Assembly (NCBI GenBank): GCA_963702475.1
Contig: CAVPCT010000003.1
Coordinates: forward strand, 640,001-704,000
Length of the DNA: 64,000 bases
Source: an uncultured Thermoleophilia bacterium
GTDB taxonomy: Bacteria; Actinomycetota; Thermoleophilia; UBA2241
Reading direction: 5' to 3'
Part shown: positions 48,496-59,564 of the stretch, piece after piece
How positions within the stretch are numbered: the stretch's first letter is position 1
Layout: the number at the start of each line of letters is the position of its first letter
Notes under the pieces: model-generated
What the model was told of the DNA's origin: nothing
What the model saw: the letters and a program-made list of their open reading frames with translations, nothing else
Databases searched by the model: none
Position numbers and translations under genes: made by a program

Positions 48496-49754
48496 CCATG
48501 GACAAGGGACCCAAAGGCCGCATCGGCATCCTGACCGGCGGCGGCGACATCCCCGGTCTGAACCCGGCCATCCGCGGCGTCACGATGCGCGCCCTGCGTG
48601 AGGGCTTCGACGTGGTCGGCATCCGCCGCGGCTGGGCCGGCCTCGTCGACATCGACCGCGACGCGGGCGGCGAAGGAGCCGGGGGCGGAGAAGGAGCCGG
48701 GGGCGGAGAAGGAGCCGGGGGCGAAGGAGACCTCAGCCACTACTGCATCCCCCTCACCGAGGACGTGGTCGAGGCCAACGGCTACAAGGGCGGCACCTTC
48801 TTGCACTCCTCGCGCACCAAGCCGAGCGCGGTGCCGCTCAAGGACTTGCCCGCTCACCTCAAGGGCAAGTACACGGCCGAGAAGAACGACCTCACCGACG
48901 AGGTCGTCGCGAACCTGGAGTACCTTGGCATCGACTACCTGGTGCCCATGGGTGGCGACGACACACTGAGTTACGGCGTCGAGCTGGGACGGCGAGGCTT
49001 CCCCGTGGTCGCCGTCCCCAAGACGATGGACAACGACGTGCCCGGCACCGACTACTGCATGGGCTTCAGCACCTGCGTGTCGCGCACCATCGAGATGGCC
49101 CATCAGGTGACCAGCTCGGCCGCTTCGCACGAGCGTATCGTCGTGCTCGAGGTGTTCGGCCGCTACGCCGGCTTCACGGCGCTCCTGCCCACACTGGCCG
49201 GCGCCGCCGACCGCTGCCTGATCCCCGAGTACAAGTTCGACATGGAGCACCTCGCCGAACTGCTCGTGCACGACCGCAACAGCCACCCCGACCTCTACGC
49301 CGTGTGCATCGTGAGTGAGGGCGCCATGCCCGCGGGCGGCGACATGGTGTTCCAGGCGGGCGAGAAGGACCAGTTCGGTCACGCCAAGCTCGGCGGCATC
49401 GGCCAGAACGTGAGCAACAAGATCAAGGAGCTGGCGCCGAAGTACAACGGCGGCAAGAAGATCGACATGATCAGCATGAACCTCGGCTACCTGGTGCGGA
49501 GCGGCGCGCCGGACGCCGTGGACGCCATAGTGCCGACGGTGTACGGCAACCTCGCCGTGGACTGCATCCTCAAGGGCGAGACCGGCCGGATGGTCGGACT
49601 GCGCGGCGGCAAGTACGGGTCGGTGCCGATCGAGGAAGTGGTCGCGACCAAGAAGGTCGTGGACGTGGAGCGCTGCTACGACACCGACCGCTACCGGCCG
49701 CGCTACGACGGCCTCGACGGGCTGCCGATGCTGGTGCTCGGCGGGTCTGTGTGA
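48492..49754 (+). CDS. pfkA: 6-phosphofructokinase family protein
   Basis: TGGGDIPGLN, GGDDT, PKTMDND, EVFGR, LGYLVRSG. Confidence 0.9.
   Translation: MTMDKGPKGRIGILTGGGDIPGLNPAIRGVTMRALREGFDVVGIRRGWAGLVDIDRDAGGEGAGGGEGAGGGEGAGGEGDLSHYCIPLTEDVVEANGYKGGTFLHSSRTKPSAVPLKDLPAHLKGKYTAEKNDLTDEVVANLEYLGIDYLVPMGGDDTLSYGVELGRRGFPVVAVPKTMDNDVPGTDYCMGFSTCVSRTIEMAHQVTSSAASHERIVVLEVFGRYAGFTALLPTLAGAADRCLIPEYKFDMEHLAELLVHDRNSHPDLYAVCIVSEGAMPAGGDMVFQAGEKDQFGHAKLGGIGQNVSNKIKELAPKYNGGKKIDMISMNLGYLVRSGAPDAVDAIVPTVYGNLAVDCILKGETGRMVGLRGGKYGSVPIEEVVATKKVVDVERCYDTDRYRPRYDGLDGLPMLVLGGSV
48672..48728 (+). repeat. In-frame 18-bp tandem repeat (about 3 copies) inside pfk
   Basis: GAAGGAGCCGGGGGCGGA repeated; encodes EGAGGG. 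Confidence 0.9.
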
Positions 49755-49782
49755 CCGGGGCGGGCGCGTGGAGGACCACAGC

Positions 49783-50967
49783 ATGAGGCGCCGCCTGCTG
49801 CTCGTCCCCGACGGGATGGCGGACGAGCCTCAGGCGGCGCTCGGCATGCGCACGCCTCTCGAGGCCGCGCGCACGCCGTACATGGACGCGCTGGTGCGCA
49901 ACGGCATCGCCGGGCGCGTGCGCACCGTGCCCGAGGGCATGCCGCCCGGCAGCGACGTGGCCAACCTCGCCGTGCTGGGGTACGACCCGGCGGCCTGCTA
50001 CAGCGGGCGCAGCCCGCTGGAGGCCGCCAGCATCGGCGTCGAGCTCGGCCCGGCCGACGTCGCCTACCGTCTCAACTTCGTGACGGTCGTGGACGGCCTC
50101 ATGAGGGACAACACGGCCGGCCACATCAGCGACGAGGACGGCCGCCGCCTCATCGACGCGCTGAGCGCGGCGCTGGGCGACGGCGCCTTCGAGTTCCACC
50201 AGGGCGTGAGCTACCGGAACCTCATGGTGTGGCGCGGCGGCGCGGTGGTGCCCTGCACGCCGCCGCACGACATCCTGGACCGGCCGGTGGCCGGCTACCT
50301 GCCCGGCGAGGCGGCCGGCGCGCCGGAGACCGACGCTGTGCGGACGCTCACCGCCCTGCAGCAGCGCTGCGACGAGGTCATCGCCGGCCTGCGCCCGCAG
50401 ACGAGCGCCTGGTTCTGGGGCGAGGGCACGGCGCCGAAGATGCCCTCCTTCCGCGACCTGTACGGCCTGAGCGGCGCGGTGGTCGGCGCCGTGGACCTGG
50501 TGCGCGGCTTGGGACGGCTGGCCGGGATGGACGTCATCGATGTGCCCGGCGCCACCGGCGACCTGCACACCGACTACGGCGCCAAAGCGCGCGCAGCCGT
50601 CAAGGCGTTCGAGGACCACGATCTCGTCTGGGTCCACGTCGAGGCTCCCGACGAGGCCGGGCACATGGGCGACCTGCGCGAGAAGGTGCGCGCCATCGAG
50701 CGCGTCGACGGGGAGGTGCTGGGGCCCATCCTGGACTCGCACGCCCGCCCGACGGCCATGGTGCTGCCAGACCACTACACCCCGCTGTCCACGCGCACGC
50801 ACGACCCACGCCCCGTCCCGTTCGTCATCAGCGAGCCGCTGCCCGGCTCGGGCGGGGGCGGGGCCATGGGTTACAGCGAGCCGGACGCGGCCACCACGGG
50901 GCTGTTCGTGGAGGACGGACCGCAGCTGATGCGGCTCTTCCTGCAGGCCACGGGGCAGACTGACTGA
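49783..50967 (+). CDS. apgM: ApgM-type cofactor-independent phosphoglycerate mutase family protein
   Basis: DGMAD, PGSDVAN, GRSPLEA, APDEAGH, PDHYTP, THDPRPVP. Confidence 0.88.
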   Translation: MRRRLLLVPDGMADEPQAALGMRTPLEAARTPYMDALVRNGIAGRVRTVPEGMPPGSDVANLAVLGYDPAACYSGRSPLEAASIGVELGPADVAYRLNFVTVVDGLMRDNTAGHISDEDGRRLIDALSAALGDGAFEFHQGVSYRNLMVWRGGAVVPCTPPHDILDRPVAGYLPGEAAGAPETDAVRTLTALQQRCDEVIAGLRPQTSAWFWGEGTAPKMPSFRDLYGLSGAVVGAVDLVRGLGRLAGMDVIDVPGATGDLHTDYGAKARAAVKAFEDHDLVWVHVEAPDEAGHMGDLREKVRAIERVDGEVLGPILDSHARPTAMVLPDHYTPLSTRTHDPRPVPFVISEPLPGSGGGGAMGYSEPDAATTGLFVEDGPQLMRLFLQATGQTD

Positions 50968-51002
50968 GGGCGGGGCCGGCCCGGGTGGGCCGGCCCCGCC
51001 CC
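50968..51002 (+). terminator. GC hairpin after apgM
   Basis: GGGGCGGGGCCGGCCC / GGGCCGGCCCCGCCCC inverted repeat. Confidence 0.5.
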
Positions 51003-51026
51003 CCATCTTCGACGGGAGCAACGACC

Positions 51027-53324
51027 ATGACCGCGGCGCCAGAACAGCCCGATCGCAGCGACCTGACGGACGAGTCCCCGCGCCGCCCCGCGCAGCGCGT
51101 CGAGGCCGGTCGCCGTCCCGAGCCGGGCGCGACGGCCGGGGAGCCCGTGGTCACCACCACCGCCGAACGCTACGTGATGAGCGGAGGCCAGGCGGCGCAC
51201 CTGGTGGTCAAGGAGGACGACCTGTTCCTCTACAGCGACGCGCTGGGCCAGGCGTCCGGCGGAGAGAATTCGGAGCTCGGTCTGTACTTCCAGGACACGC
51301 GGCACCTCAGCCGCCTGGAGCTCACGGTGGCCGGACGCAAGCCCGTGCTGCTCTCGTCCACGGCCGAGCGCGGCTACGCCGCGACGATCGAGCTCACCAA
51401 TCTGGAATCGCGCGCGCCGGACGGCCGCGTGCTGCCGCAGGCGAGCCTCCACCTGCGACGCACGCGCTTCATCGCCGCCGGGCTGCGCGAGCAGGTACGC
51501 GTGCGCAACTTCCACAGGGCCGACGTCGAGCTGGTGCTCGACGTGCACTTCGACGCCGACTTCGCCGACCTCTTCGAGGTGCGCGGCCTGCGGCGCCGGC
51601 GGCGCGGCACCAGGCTCCCGGCCCGCGACGGCGAGCGCTCGCTGGCGCTCTCGTACCTGGGTCTCGACGACGTGGTGCGCGAGACGCTCGTGACCTTCGA
51701 CGAGCCGCCGGAGTCGCTCAAGGAGGGACGCGCCCGGTTCCGCCTGCGCCTGGCGCCCGGCGCGGTGGCCTCCATCGGCTACGATGTCACCGTGCGCGCC
51801 ACGCGGGCCTCGGGGCCGGATGCGCCGGCGGGCGGCCACCTGCCAGAGGACCCGCAGCCCGAGCCCCAGGCACGCCTCGCGACGCTGCGGCACGAGCACG
51901 AGCGCTGGGACTCCGGCGCCACCGACATCTTCACCGACAACGAAGAGGTGAACCGCGTGCTGCGCCGCGGCCAAGAGGACCTGCGCGTGCTCTCGGCCCT
52001 GGTCGGGGGCACGCGTATACCGTTCTCCGGTCTGCCGTGGTTCGCGGCGCCCTTCGGGCGCGAGCTGATCTTCGTCGGCCTTGAGACGCTGCTGCTCGAC
52101 CTGCGCTGGTCGCGCGGCGCCGTGGACTTTCTGCAGGCGCGGCAGGGCCGCACCGAGAGCGTGTTCCGCGACGAGCAGCCGGGCAAGATCCTGCACGAGC
52201 TGCGGCGCGGCGAGCTGGCCAATCTCAAGGCCGTGCCGCACACCCCGTACTTCGGCTCCATCGACGCCACGCCGCTGTGGCTGCTGCTGGTCGCCGAGCT
52301 CACCATGTGGACCGGCGACCTGGACGGCTTCGAGGCGCGGCGCGACGCCGTGGATGCCGCGCTCGCCTGGATAGACACCTACGGCGACCTGGACGGCGAC
52401 GGCTTCGTCGAGTACGAGCGCCGTTCCCGCGCCGGCCTGCTCAACCAGGGCTGGCGCGACGCCGGCGACGCCGTGCTGCACGCCGACGGCACGCCGGCGC
52501 AGGGTCCCGTCGCCCTGGCCGAGACGCAGGGCTACGTGTACTACGCCAAGCGCCGCCTCGCCGCCATCTTCGGCGAGCTCGGCGACGTCGACCGCGCCGA
52601 GGAGCTCAGCCGCCAGTCCGGCGCCCTCAAACGCGCCTTCAACGAGCGCTTCTGGATGGAGGACGAGGGCTTCTTCGCCATGGCGCTCGACGGTCGCAAG
52701 CAGCAGGTCCGGGGCATCTGCTCCACCATCGGCCACGCCCTGTGGACGCGCATCGTCGGCGACGACCACGTGGACGCGGTGGTCAGGCGCCTCATGGCGC
52801 CGGACATGTTCACCGGCTGGGGCGTGCGCACGTTCAGCAAGGACATGAAGGGCTACAACCCCGTGAGCTTCTACAACGGCAGCGTGTGGCCGTTCGACAC
52901 CGCCGTGATCGCCAACGGCATGAAGAAGCACGGCTACGCGCAGGAGTCCAACCGCCTCGCCTGGGGACTGGTGGAGGCGGCCGGCGCGCACGAGTACGAC
53001 CGCCTGCCGGAGATGTTCTGCGGCTTCACGCGCCGCTCCATCAACAAGCCGGTGGCGTTCCCCATGGCGTGCTCGCCCGACGCCTCGTCGGCCGGCGCCC
53101 TCTTCCTCATCCTGCAGTCCATGCTGGGCATCTACGCGCAGGCCGACGAGAACATCGTGTACGTGCACGATCCCGACCTCCCCAAGTGGCTGGGGGAGGT
53201 GACGCTGGCCAATCTCAGGGTCGGGCGCACCACCATGCGCCTGCGCTTTCGCCGCGAGGGCAGCCAGACCAGCTTCGCGGTGCTCGACAAGCAGGGACCC
53301 GGGCGTATCGTGGTCGTGGAGTGA
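51027..53324 (+). CDS. Amylo-alpha-1,6-glucosidase (glycogen debranching-like)
   Basis: DFADLFEVRG, GLPWF..FGR, PGKILHELR, DATPL, NQGW, YNGSVWP. Confidence 0.9.
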   Translation: MTAAPEQPDRSDLTDESPRRPAQRVEAGRRPEPGATAGEPVVTTTAERYVMSGGQAAHLVVKEDDLFLYSDALGQASGGENSELGLYFQDTRHLSRLELTVAGRKPVLLSSTAERGYAATIELTNLESRAPDGRVLPQASLHLRRTRFIAAGLREQVRVRNFHRADVELVLDVHFDADFADLFEVRGLRRRRRGTRLPARDGERSLALSYLGLDDVVRETLVTFDEPPESLKEGRARFRLRLAPGAVASIGYDVTVRATRASGPDAPAGGHLPEDPQPEPQARLATLRHEHERWDSGATDIFTDNEEVNRVLRRGQEDLRVLSALVGGTRIPFSGLPWFAAPFGRELIFVGLETLLLDLRWSRGAVDFLQARQGRTESVFRDEQPGKILHELRRGELANLKAVPHTPYFGSIDATPLWLLLVAELTMWTGDLDGFEARRDAVDAALAWIDTYGDLDGDGFVEYERRSRAGLLNQGWRDAGDAVLHADGTPAQGPVALAETQGYVYYAKRRLAAIFGELGDVDRAEELSRQSGALKRAFNERFWMEDEGFFAMALDGRKQQVRGICSTIGHALWTRIVGDDHVDAVVRRLMAPDMFTGWGVRTFSKDMKGYNPVSFYNGSVWPFDTAVIANGMKKHGYAQESNRLAWGLVEAAGAHEYDRLPEMFCGFTRRSINKPVAFPMACSPDASSAGALFLILQSMLGIYAQADENIVYVHDPDLPKWLGEVTLANLRVGRTTMRLRFRREGSQTSFAVLDKQGPGRIVVVE

Positions 53325-54109
53325 TGTTCACCATCGCGCACATCTCGGACCTGCACGCGGGCTCGCCGTACTTCGTGCCGAGCATGATGGATCGCGTCGT
53401 GGTCGAGCTGAACGAGCTCGAGCCGGACATCGTGCTGTGCACCGGCGACCTCACGGAGATGGGGTTCCGCCAGGACTACGTGACGGCGCGCGAGTACCTC
53501 GAGCGCATCGAGTGCCCGCAGCTGGTGGTGATCCCCGGCAACCACGACGCCCGCAACGTCGGCTACGTGCACTTCGAGGAGCTCATCGGGCCGCGCTGGC
53601 AGACGCTGCACCTGGAACAGATCACCATCGTGGCCGAGGACTCCACCGAGCCCGACCTCGACCACGGGCAGATCGGGCGCGCGCGCTACACGTTCCTGCG
53701 TGAGCAGTTCGCGGGCCCGGCCCACTTCCGGCTCTTCATGTTGCACCACCACCTGCTCCCGGTGCCCGGGACGGGGCGGGAGCGCAACATCGTCTACGAC
53801 GCCGGCGACCTGCTCGAGGTGCTGCAGGAGTGTTGTGTGAACCTCGTGCTCTGCGGCCACAAGCACGTGCCCTACGCCTGGCGGCTCGAGAACCTGTTCG
53901 TGGTCAACGCCGGCACCTGCGCATCCTTGCGCCTGCGCGGGAACACCAAGGCCTGCTACAACATCGTGCGTCTGGACGGTGACAACGTGTCGGTGGTGCG
54001 CAAGTTCCCGTTCCACGGCACGGAGACGCTGATCGACTTCGTGCCGTCCACGGCGTCGTACTCCAAGTACGTGTGTCCGGTCCCCGGCGAGGGAGCGAGC
54101 GGGCGGTGA
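53324..54109 (+). CDS. Calcineurin-like metallophosphoesterase (CpdA-like)
   Basis: SDLH, TGDLT, PGNHD, HHH, GHKH; TGATG coupling to the upstream gene. Confidence 0.92.
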   Translation: MFTIAHISDLHAGSPYFVPSMMDRVVVELNELEPDIVLCTGDLTEMGFRQDYVTAREYLERIECPQLVVIPGNHDARNVGYVHFEELIGPRWQTLHLEQITIVAEDSTEPDLDHGQIGRARYTFLREQFAGPAHFRLFMLHHHLLPVPGTGRERNIVYDAGDLLEVLQECCVNLVLCGHKHVPYAWRLENLFVVNAGTCASLRLRGNTKACYNIVRLDGDNVSVVRKFPFHGTETLIDFVPSTASYSKYVCPVPGEGASGR

Positions 54110-54175
54110 CGCTGCCGCTCCCGCGGGGGGAGGGAGCGAGGTGCTGATGGGATGCTTCGCGGGAAGGCGCCGGCG

Positions 54176-55597
54176 ATGAGCCTGCCCCGCGCCCTCGTGC
54201 TGGTGGACGGCGAGCACTACCCGCCGGTGGTGGCCGCCGCCCTCGAAGGGCTGCGGCGGCGGTTCGAGGTGGTGGGCGGCCTGTTCGCCGGGGGGAGCGA
54301 GAAGCTGCGCGGCGGGGAGGAGCAGGCCCTGGACACGCTCGCCGCCGCGCTCGGGCTGCCGCGACTCGATCGCGTCGACCCGGCCGGCGCGGCTCCGCAC
54401 GAGGTGCTGGACGGCACGCGCGCGGCTCTGCGGGTCGCGCGCGCCGAGGCGCTCGTGGACCTCTCCGACGAGCCGGTGGTCGGCTACCGCGAGCGCTTCC
54501 TGCTGATGAGCGCAGCGCTCGCGGAGGGAGCGCGGTACGTGGCGGCCGACACGGAGGTCCGGCCGCAGGACTTCGCGCTGCTCGAGTGCCTGCCGGCGCT
54601 CGGCGTGCTCGGCACCGGCAAGCGTGTCGGCAAGACGGCCGTGAGCGGCTGGCTGGCGCGGCGGCTGGACGCCGCCCTGCAGGAGCGTGGCGGCGTGATC
54701 GTGCTGGCGATGGGCCGCGGTGGCCCGCCTGAGCCGGAGCTCGTGCCGGGCCGCGAGGGCCTCGGCGCAGCCGACCTGCTCGCGGCCTCCCGTCGCGGCC
54801 GGCACGCCGCCAGCGACTGCTACGAAGACGCCGTGCTCGCCGGCGTGACGACGGTCGGCTGCCGGCGCTGCGGCGGCGGCCTCGCGGGGGCGCCGTTCGA
54901 CGACACGGTGCGCGCGGCGCTGCCGCTGCTCGAGGCGTCCGGCGCTGCTCTCGCCGTCATCGAGGGCAGCGGCGCCGTGGTGCCGCCGGTGGCCTGCGAC
55001 GCGGCGCTCTGCGTGTCGGCGGCGTCGCAGCCGGCCAACTACGTGGCCGGCCTGCTCGGCACCTACAGGCTGCTGCTCAGCGACGTGCTCGTGCTCACGC
55101 AGTGCGAGGCGCCGTTCGCCGACGCGGCCCGCGTCCGCGAGCTGACGGACGCCGCGCGCGCCGTGCGCCCCGGCCTGCGCGTGGTGCCGACGGTCTTCAG
55201 GCCGCGGCCGGCGCAGCCCGTCCGCGGCCGCCGGGTCGCCTACTTCACGACCGCGCCGGAGACCGCCGTGCCGCGGCTCGCGCAGGCGCTCGCCGACGAC
55301 CACGGCGCCGAGGTCGTGCTCGTCTCGACCGCGCTCGCCGACCGCGCGCGCCTCGCGGCCGACGTCGGGCGCGCCGCTCGCGAAGCCGACGTGTTCCTCT
55401 GCGAGATCAAGGCGGCCGCCGTGGACGTGGTGGCCGAGGCTGCGGACGTCGCCGGTCGCGACCTGGTGTTCTGCGACAACGAGCCCGTGGCGCTCGAAGG
55501 CGACCTCGGCGCGGCGGTCGACGGGGCGGCCGGTCTGGCGGCGGAGCGCTTCGCCGCCCGCCGCGCGGCCGCCGTGCCGGACGGAGGCGTGCCGTGA
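54176..55597 (+). CDS. cpgS: Cyclic 2,3-diphosphoglycerate synthetase
   Basis: LVDGEHYPPV, GGSEK, DLSDEPV, GTGKRVGKTAV, MGRGGP, HAASD.YEDA, CRRCGGGLAG, EIKAAAVD. Confidence 0.9.
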   Translation: MSLPRALVLVDGEHYPPVVAAALEGLRRRFEVVGGLFAGGSEKLRGGEEQALDTLAAALGLPRLDRVDPAGAAPHEVLDGTRAALRVARAEALVDLSDEPVVGYRERFLLMSAALAEGARYVAADTEVRPQDFALLECLPALGVLGTGKRVGKTAVSGWLARRLDAALQERGGVIVLAMGRGGPPEPELVPGREGLGAADLLAASRRGRHAASDCYEDAVLAGVTTVGCRRCGGGLAGAPFDDTVRAALPLLEASGAALAVIEGSGAVVPPVACDAALCVSAASQPANYVAGLLGTYRLLLSDVLVLTQCEAPFADAARVRELTDAARAVRPGLRVVPTVFRPRPAQPVRGRRVAYFTTAPETAVPRLAQALADDHGAEVVLVSTALADRARLAADVGRAAREADVFLCEIKAAAVDVVAEAADVAGRDLVFCDNEPVALEGDLGAAVDGAAGLAAERFAARRAAAVPDGGVP

Positions 55598-56505
55598 ACG
55601 ACCGCGACCTGGAGCTGACCGGTCCTGCCGGCGGTCCTCCGTTCAGCAAGGGGCTGATGGCGCAGACGCTCACCGCGACCGGGCTGTCGCCGGAACGCGC
55701 CTATCTCGTCGTCACGGCGCTGGAGCGGCGCCTGCGGCGCCGCGGCAGCGCCGCCGCCCTCACGTTCACCGATCTGCACGATGTCGCCTGCCGGGAGCTG
55801 GGACCTCTGGACGGCGAGGTGCTCATCCAGCGCTTCCGCCAGTGGCAGACGCTGCGCCGTCTGGAGACGCCGCTGATCGTGCTCATCGGCGGCGCCACCG
55901 GGGTCGGCAAGAGCACACTGGCCACTGAGCTCGCCCACCGTCTCGCCATCACGCGCGTCATCAGCACCGACATGGTGCGCCAGACCATGCGTGCGTTCTT
56001 CGCCTCCGAGCTCATGCCCGCCCTCCACACCTCGTCGTTCGACGCCGCCTCGTCGGTGCGCGTACCGGTGCCCCGCGAGACCGATCTCGCGAAGGTGGGG
56101 TTCATGGAGCAGACCAAGGCCGTGTGTGTCGGCATCGAGGCCATCGTGGAACGCGGGATCACGGAGGCGCAGCAGATGGTGGTGGAGGGTGTGCACCTGG
56201 TCCCAGGCTTCCTCGACCGGTCCCGCTGGCACGACGCCATCGTGCTGGAGTTCGTGCTCGCGGTGACGGACAGGGACCGGCACCGCAGCAACTTCACCGT
56301 GCGGGACTGGGAGACCGGAGGCGTGCGCCCTGTGCGCAAGTACGTGGAGCACTTCGCGCAGATCCGCCGCATCCAGAAGTACATCGTCGGCCGCGCCGAG
56401 GCTCTCGGGGTGCCGGTGATCGACGGCGCCAGCCTTGACGAGAACCTGAGCGAGGTGCTGGGCACCATCCTGCACCGCGTGGAGGAGCACAGCGCCCAGC
56501 GCTGA
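55594..56505 (+). CDS. 2-phosphoglycerate kinase
   Basis: ATP-cone-like PFSKGLMA, GGATGVGKST, STD..R, VEGVHLVPG; GTGA overlap with cpgS. Confidence 0.88.
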   Translation: MNDRDLELTGPAGGPPFSKGLMAQTLTATGLSPERAYLVVTALERRLRRRGSAAALTFTDLHDVACRELGPLDGEVLIQRFRQWQTLRRLETPLIVLIGGATGVGKSTLATELAHRLAITRVISTDMVRQTMRAFFASELMPALHTSSFDAASSVRVPVPRETDLAKVGFMEQTKAVCVGIEAIVERGITEAQQMVVEGVHLVPGFLDRSRWHDAIVLEFVLAVTDRDRHRSNFTVRDWETGGVRPVRKYVEHFAQIRRIQKYIVGRAEALGVPVIDGASLDENLSEVLGTILHRVEEHSAQR

Positions 56506-56757
56506 AGGGCGCGGCCTTGCCGCCGACTTCGGGTATACTGAGGCCACTCCCCTTCAGCCGCGCGCCGTTCCGTGCTCCCTGCCCGGAGCGCGCTCCACCA
56601 CTTGGGAGTAGGAATCTCTTGACCTGTATGGCATACTCTGGGCCGGCGCCAGTGTCGGCGCCGTCCTTCATCACAGCATCTGCCTCTACTCGTCCGACAT
56701 CCTGCACGCGTCGCGGCTGCGTACCGTGCCAGGCGATGTCAGAGGTACCGGGAGCCC

Positions 56758-58531
<1,774 letters not shown>

Positions 58532-58595
58532 GACCGCGGCACGGGCGGGCGGCGACGCGCGGGGCGCGAGTGTCCGTGCCCGCGAGGAGGGGCTC

Positions 58596-59402
58596 ATGAC
58601 CGACGCACCCGGCGGCGCCTGGCGCGTGCCGTTCGTCAAGGCGGCCGCCTGCGGCAACGACTTCCTGCTGGTCGAGGAGCGCTTCTCGCCCGTCGACCTG
58701 GCCGAGTTCGCGCGTCGCGCCTGCGACCGCCGCGAGGGCGTGGGAGCCGACGGCGTCGAGTGGCTGGCGGCGGACGACGAAGCCGACATCGCCGCGCGGC
58801 TCATCAACGCCGACGGCTCGCCGGCCGAGATCTCCGGCAACGGCACGCGCTGTGTGGCCGCGCTCCTCGCTTCGGCGCATGAAGAGCACGCGTCGTTCAC
58901 GGTGCGCACCGGCGCCGGCATCCGCATCTGCGAGCTCATCTCGCGGCACGATCCGGAGTTCGAGTTCGCCGTCGACATGAGGGCGCCGCGGCTCGGCGAG
59001 CCCGAGAAGCTCCAGCTGTCAGTGGGCTCGGTGACCGGCCGGTCCGTCTCGGTCGGCAACCCGCACTTCGTGGTCCTCGTCGATCGCTTCGAGCGCGGCT
59101 GGCAGGCGTTGGCCGCGGAGATCGAGACGCACCCGCGGTTCCCCGAGCGTACCAACGTCGACCTCGTGCGCGTGGTGTCGGACGCCGAGGTCGAGGCGCG
59201 CTTCTACGAGAGGGGCGCCGGCGAGACGCGTTCGTCGGGCACCGGCTCCGTGGCCGCGGCCGTGGCGGCCGTCGCCGCCGGCCGCGCCCGCTCGCCGGTG
59301 CGCGTGCTCACGCCCGGCGGCGTGCAGACGGTGCTGTGGGACGGCGCGGTGACGCTGCGCGGCACCGCGCGGCTGGTCTGCGCCGGGTCGTTCTACTACT
59401 GA
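58596..59402 (+). CDS. dapF: DapF-like epimerase with Ser at both catalytic Cys positions
   Basis: [40 protein letters not shown]. Confidence 0.8.
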   Translation: MTDAPGGAWRVPFVKAAACGNDFLLVEERFSPVDLAEFARRACDRREGVGADGVEWLAADDEADIAARLINADGSPAEISGNGTRCVAALLASAHEEHASFTVRTGAGIRICELISRHDPEFEFAVDMRAPRLGEPEKLQLSVGSVTGRSVSVGNPHFVVLVDRFERGWQALAAEIETHPRFPERTNVDLVRVVSDAEVEARFYERGAGETRSSGTGSVAAAVAAVAAGRARSPVRVLTPGGVQTVLWDGAVTLRGTARLVCAGSFYY

Positions 59403-59564
59403 CGCGCGACGCGGCTCGCGCCGGAGCGGCTTCGCCGCCGGCGCCCGGTTCCTTCTGGACAGTTCCATGAGAATCCAGCGGTAGATGACGGATTTTCACG
59501 GTAGCGGTGCGGCTGGAGGAGTTCAGAGTGCCCGGCCGCTTGCGGAGAGCGCGGCCGGCGGAGC

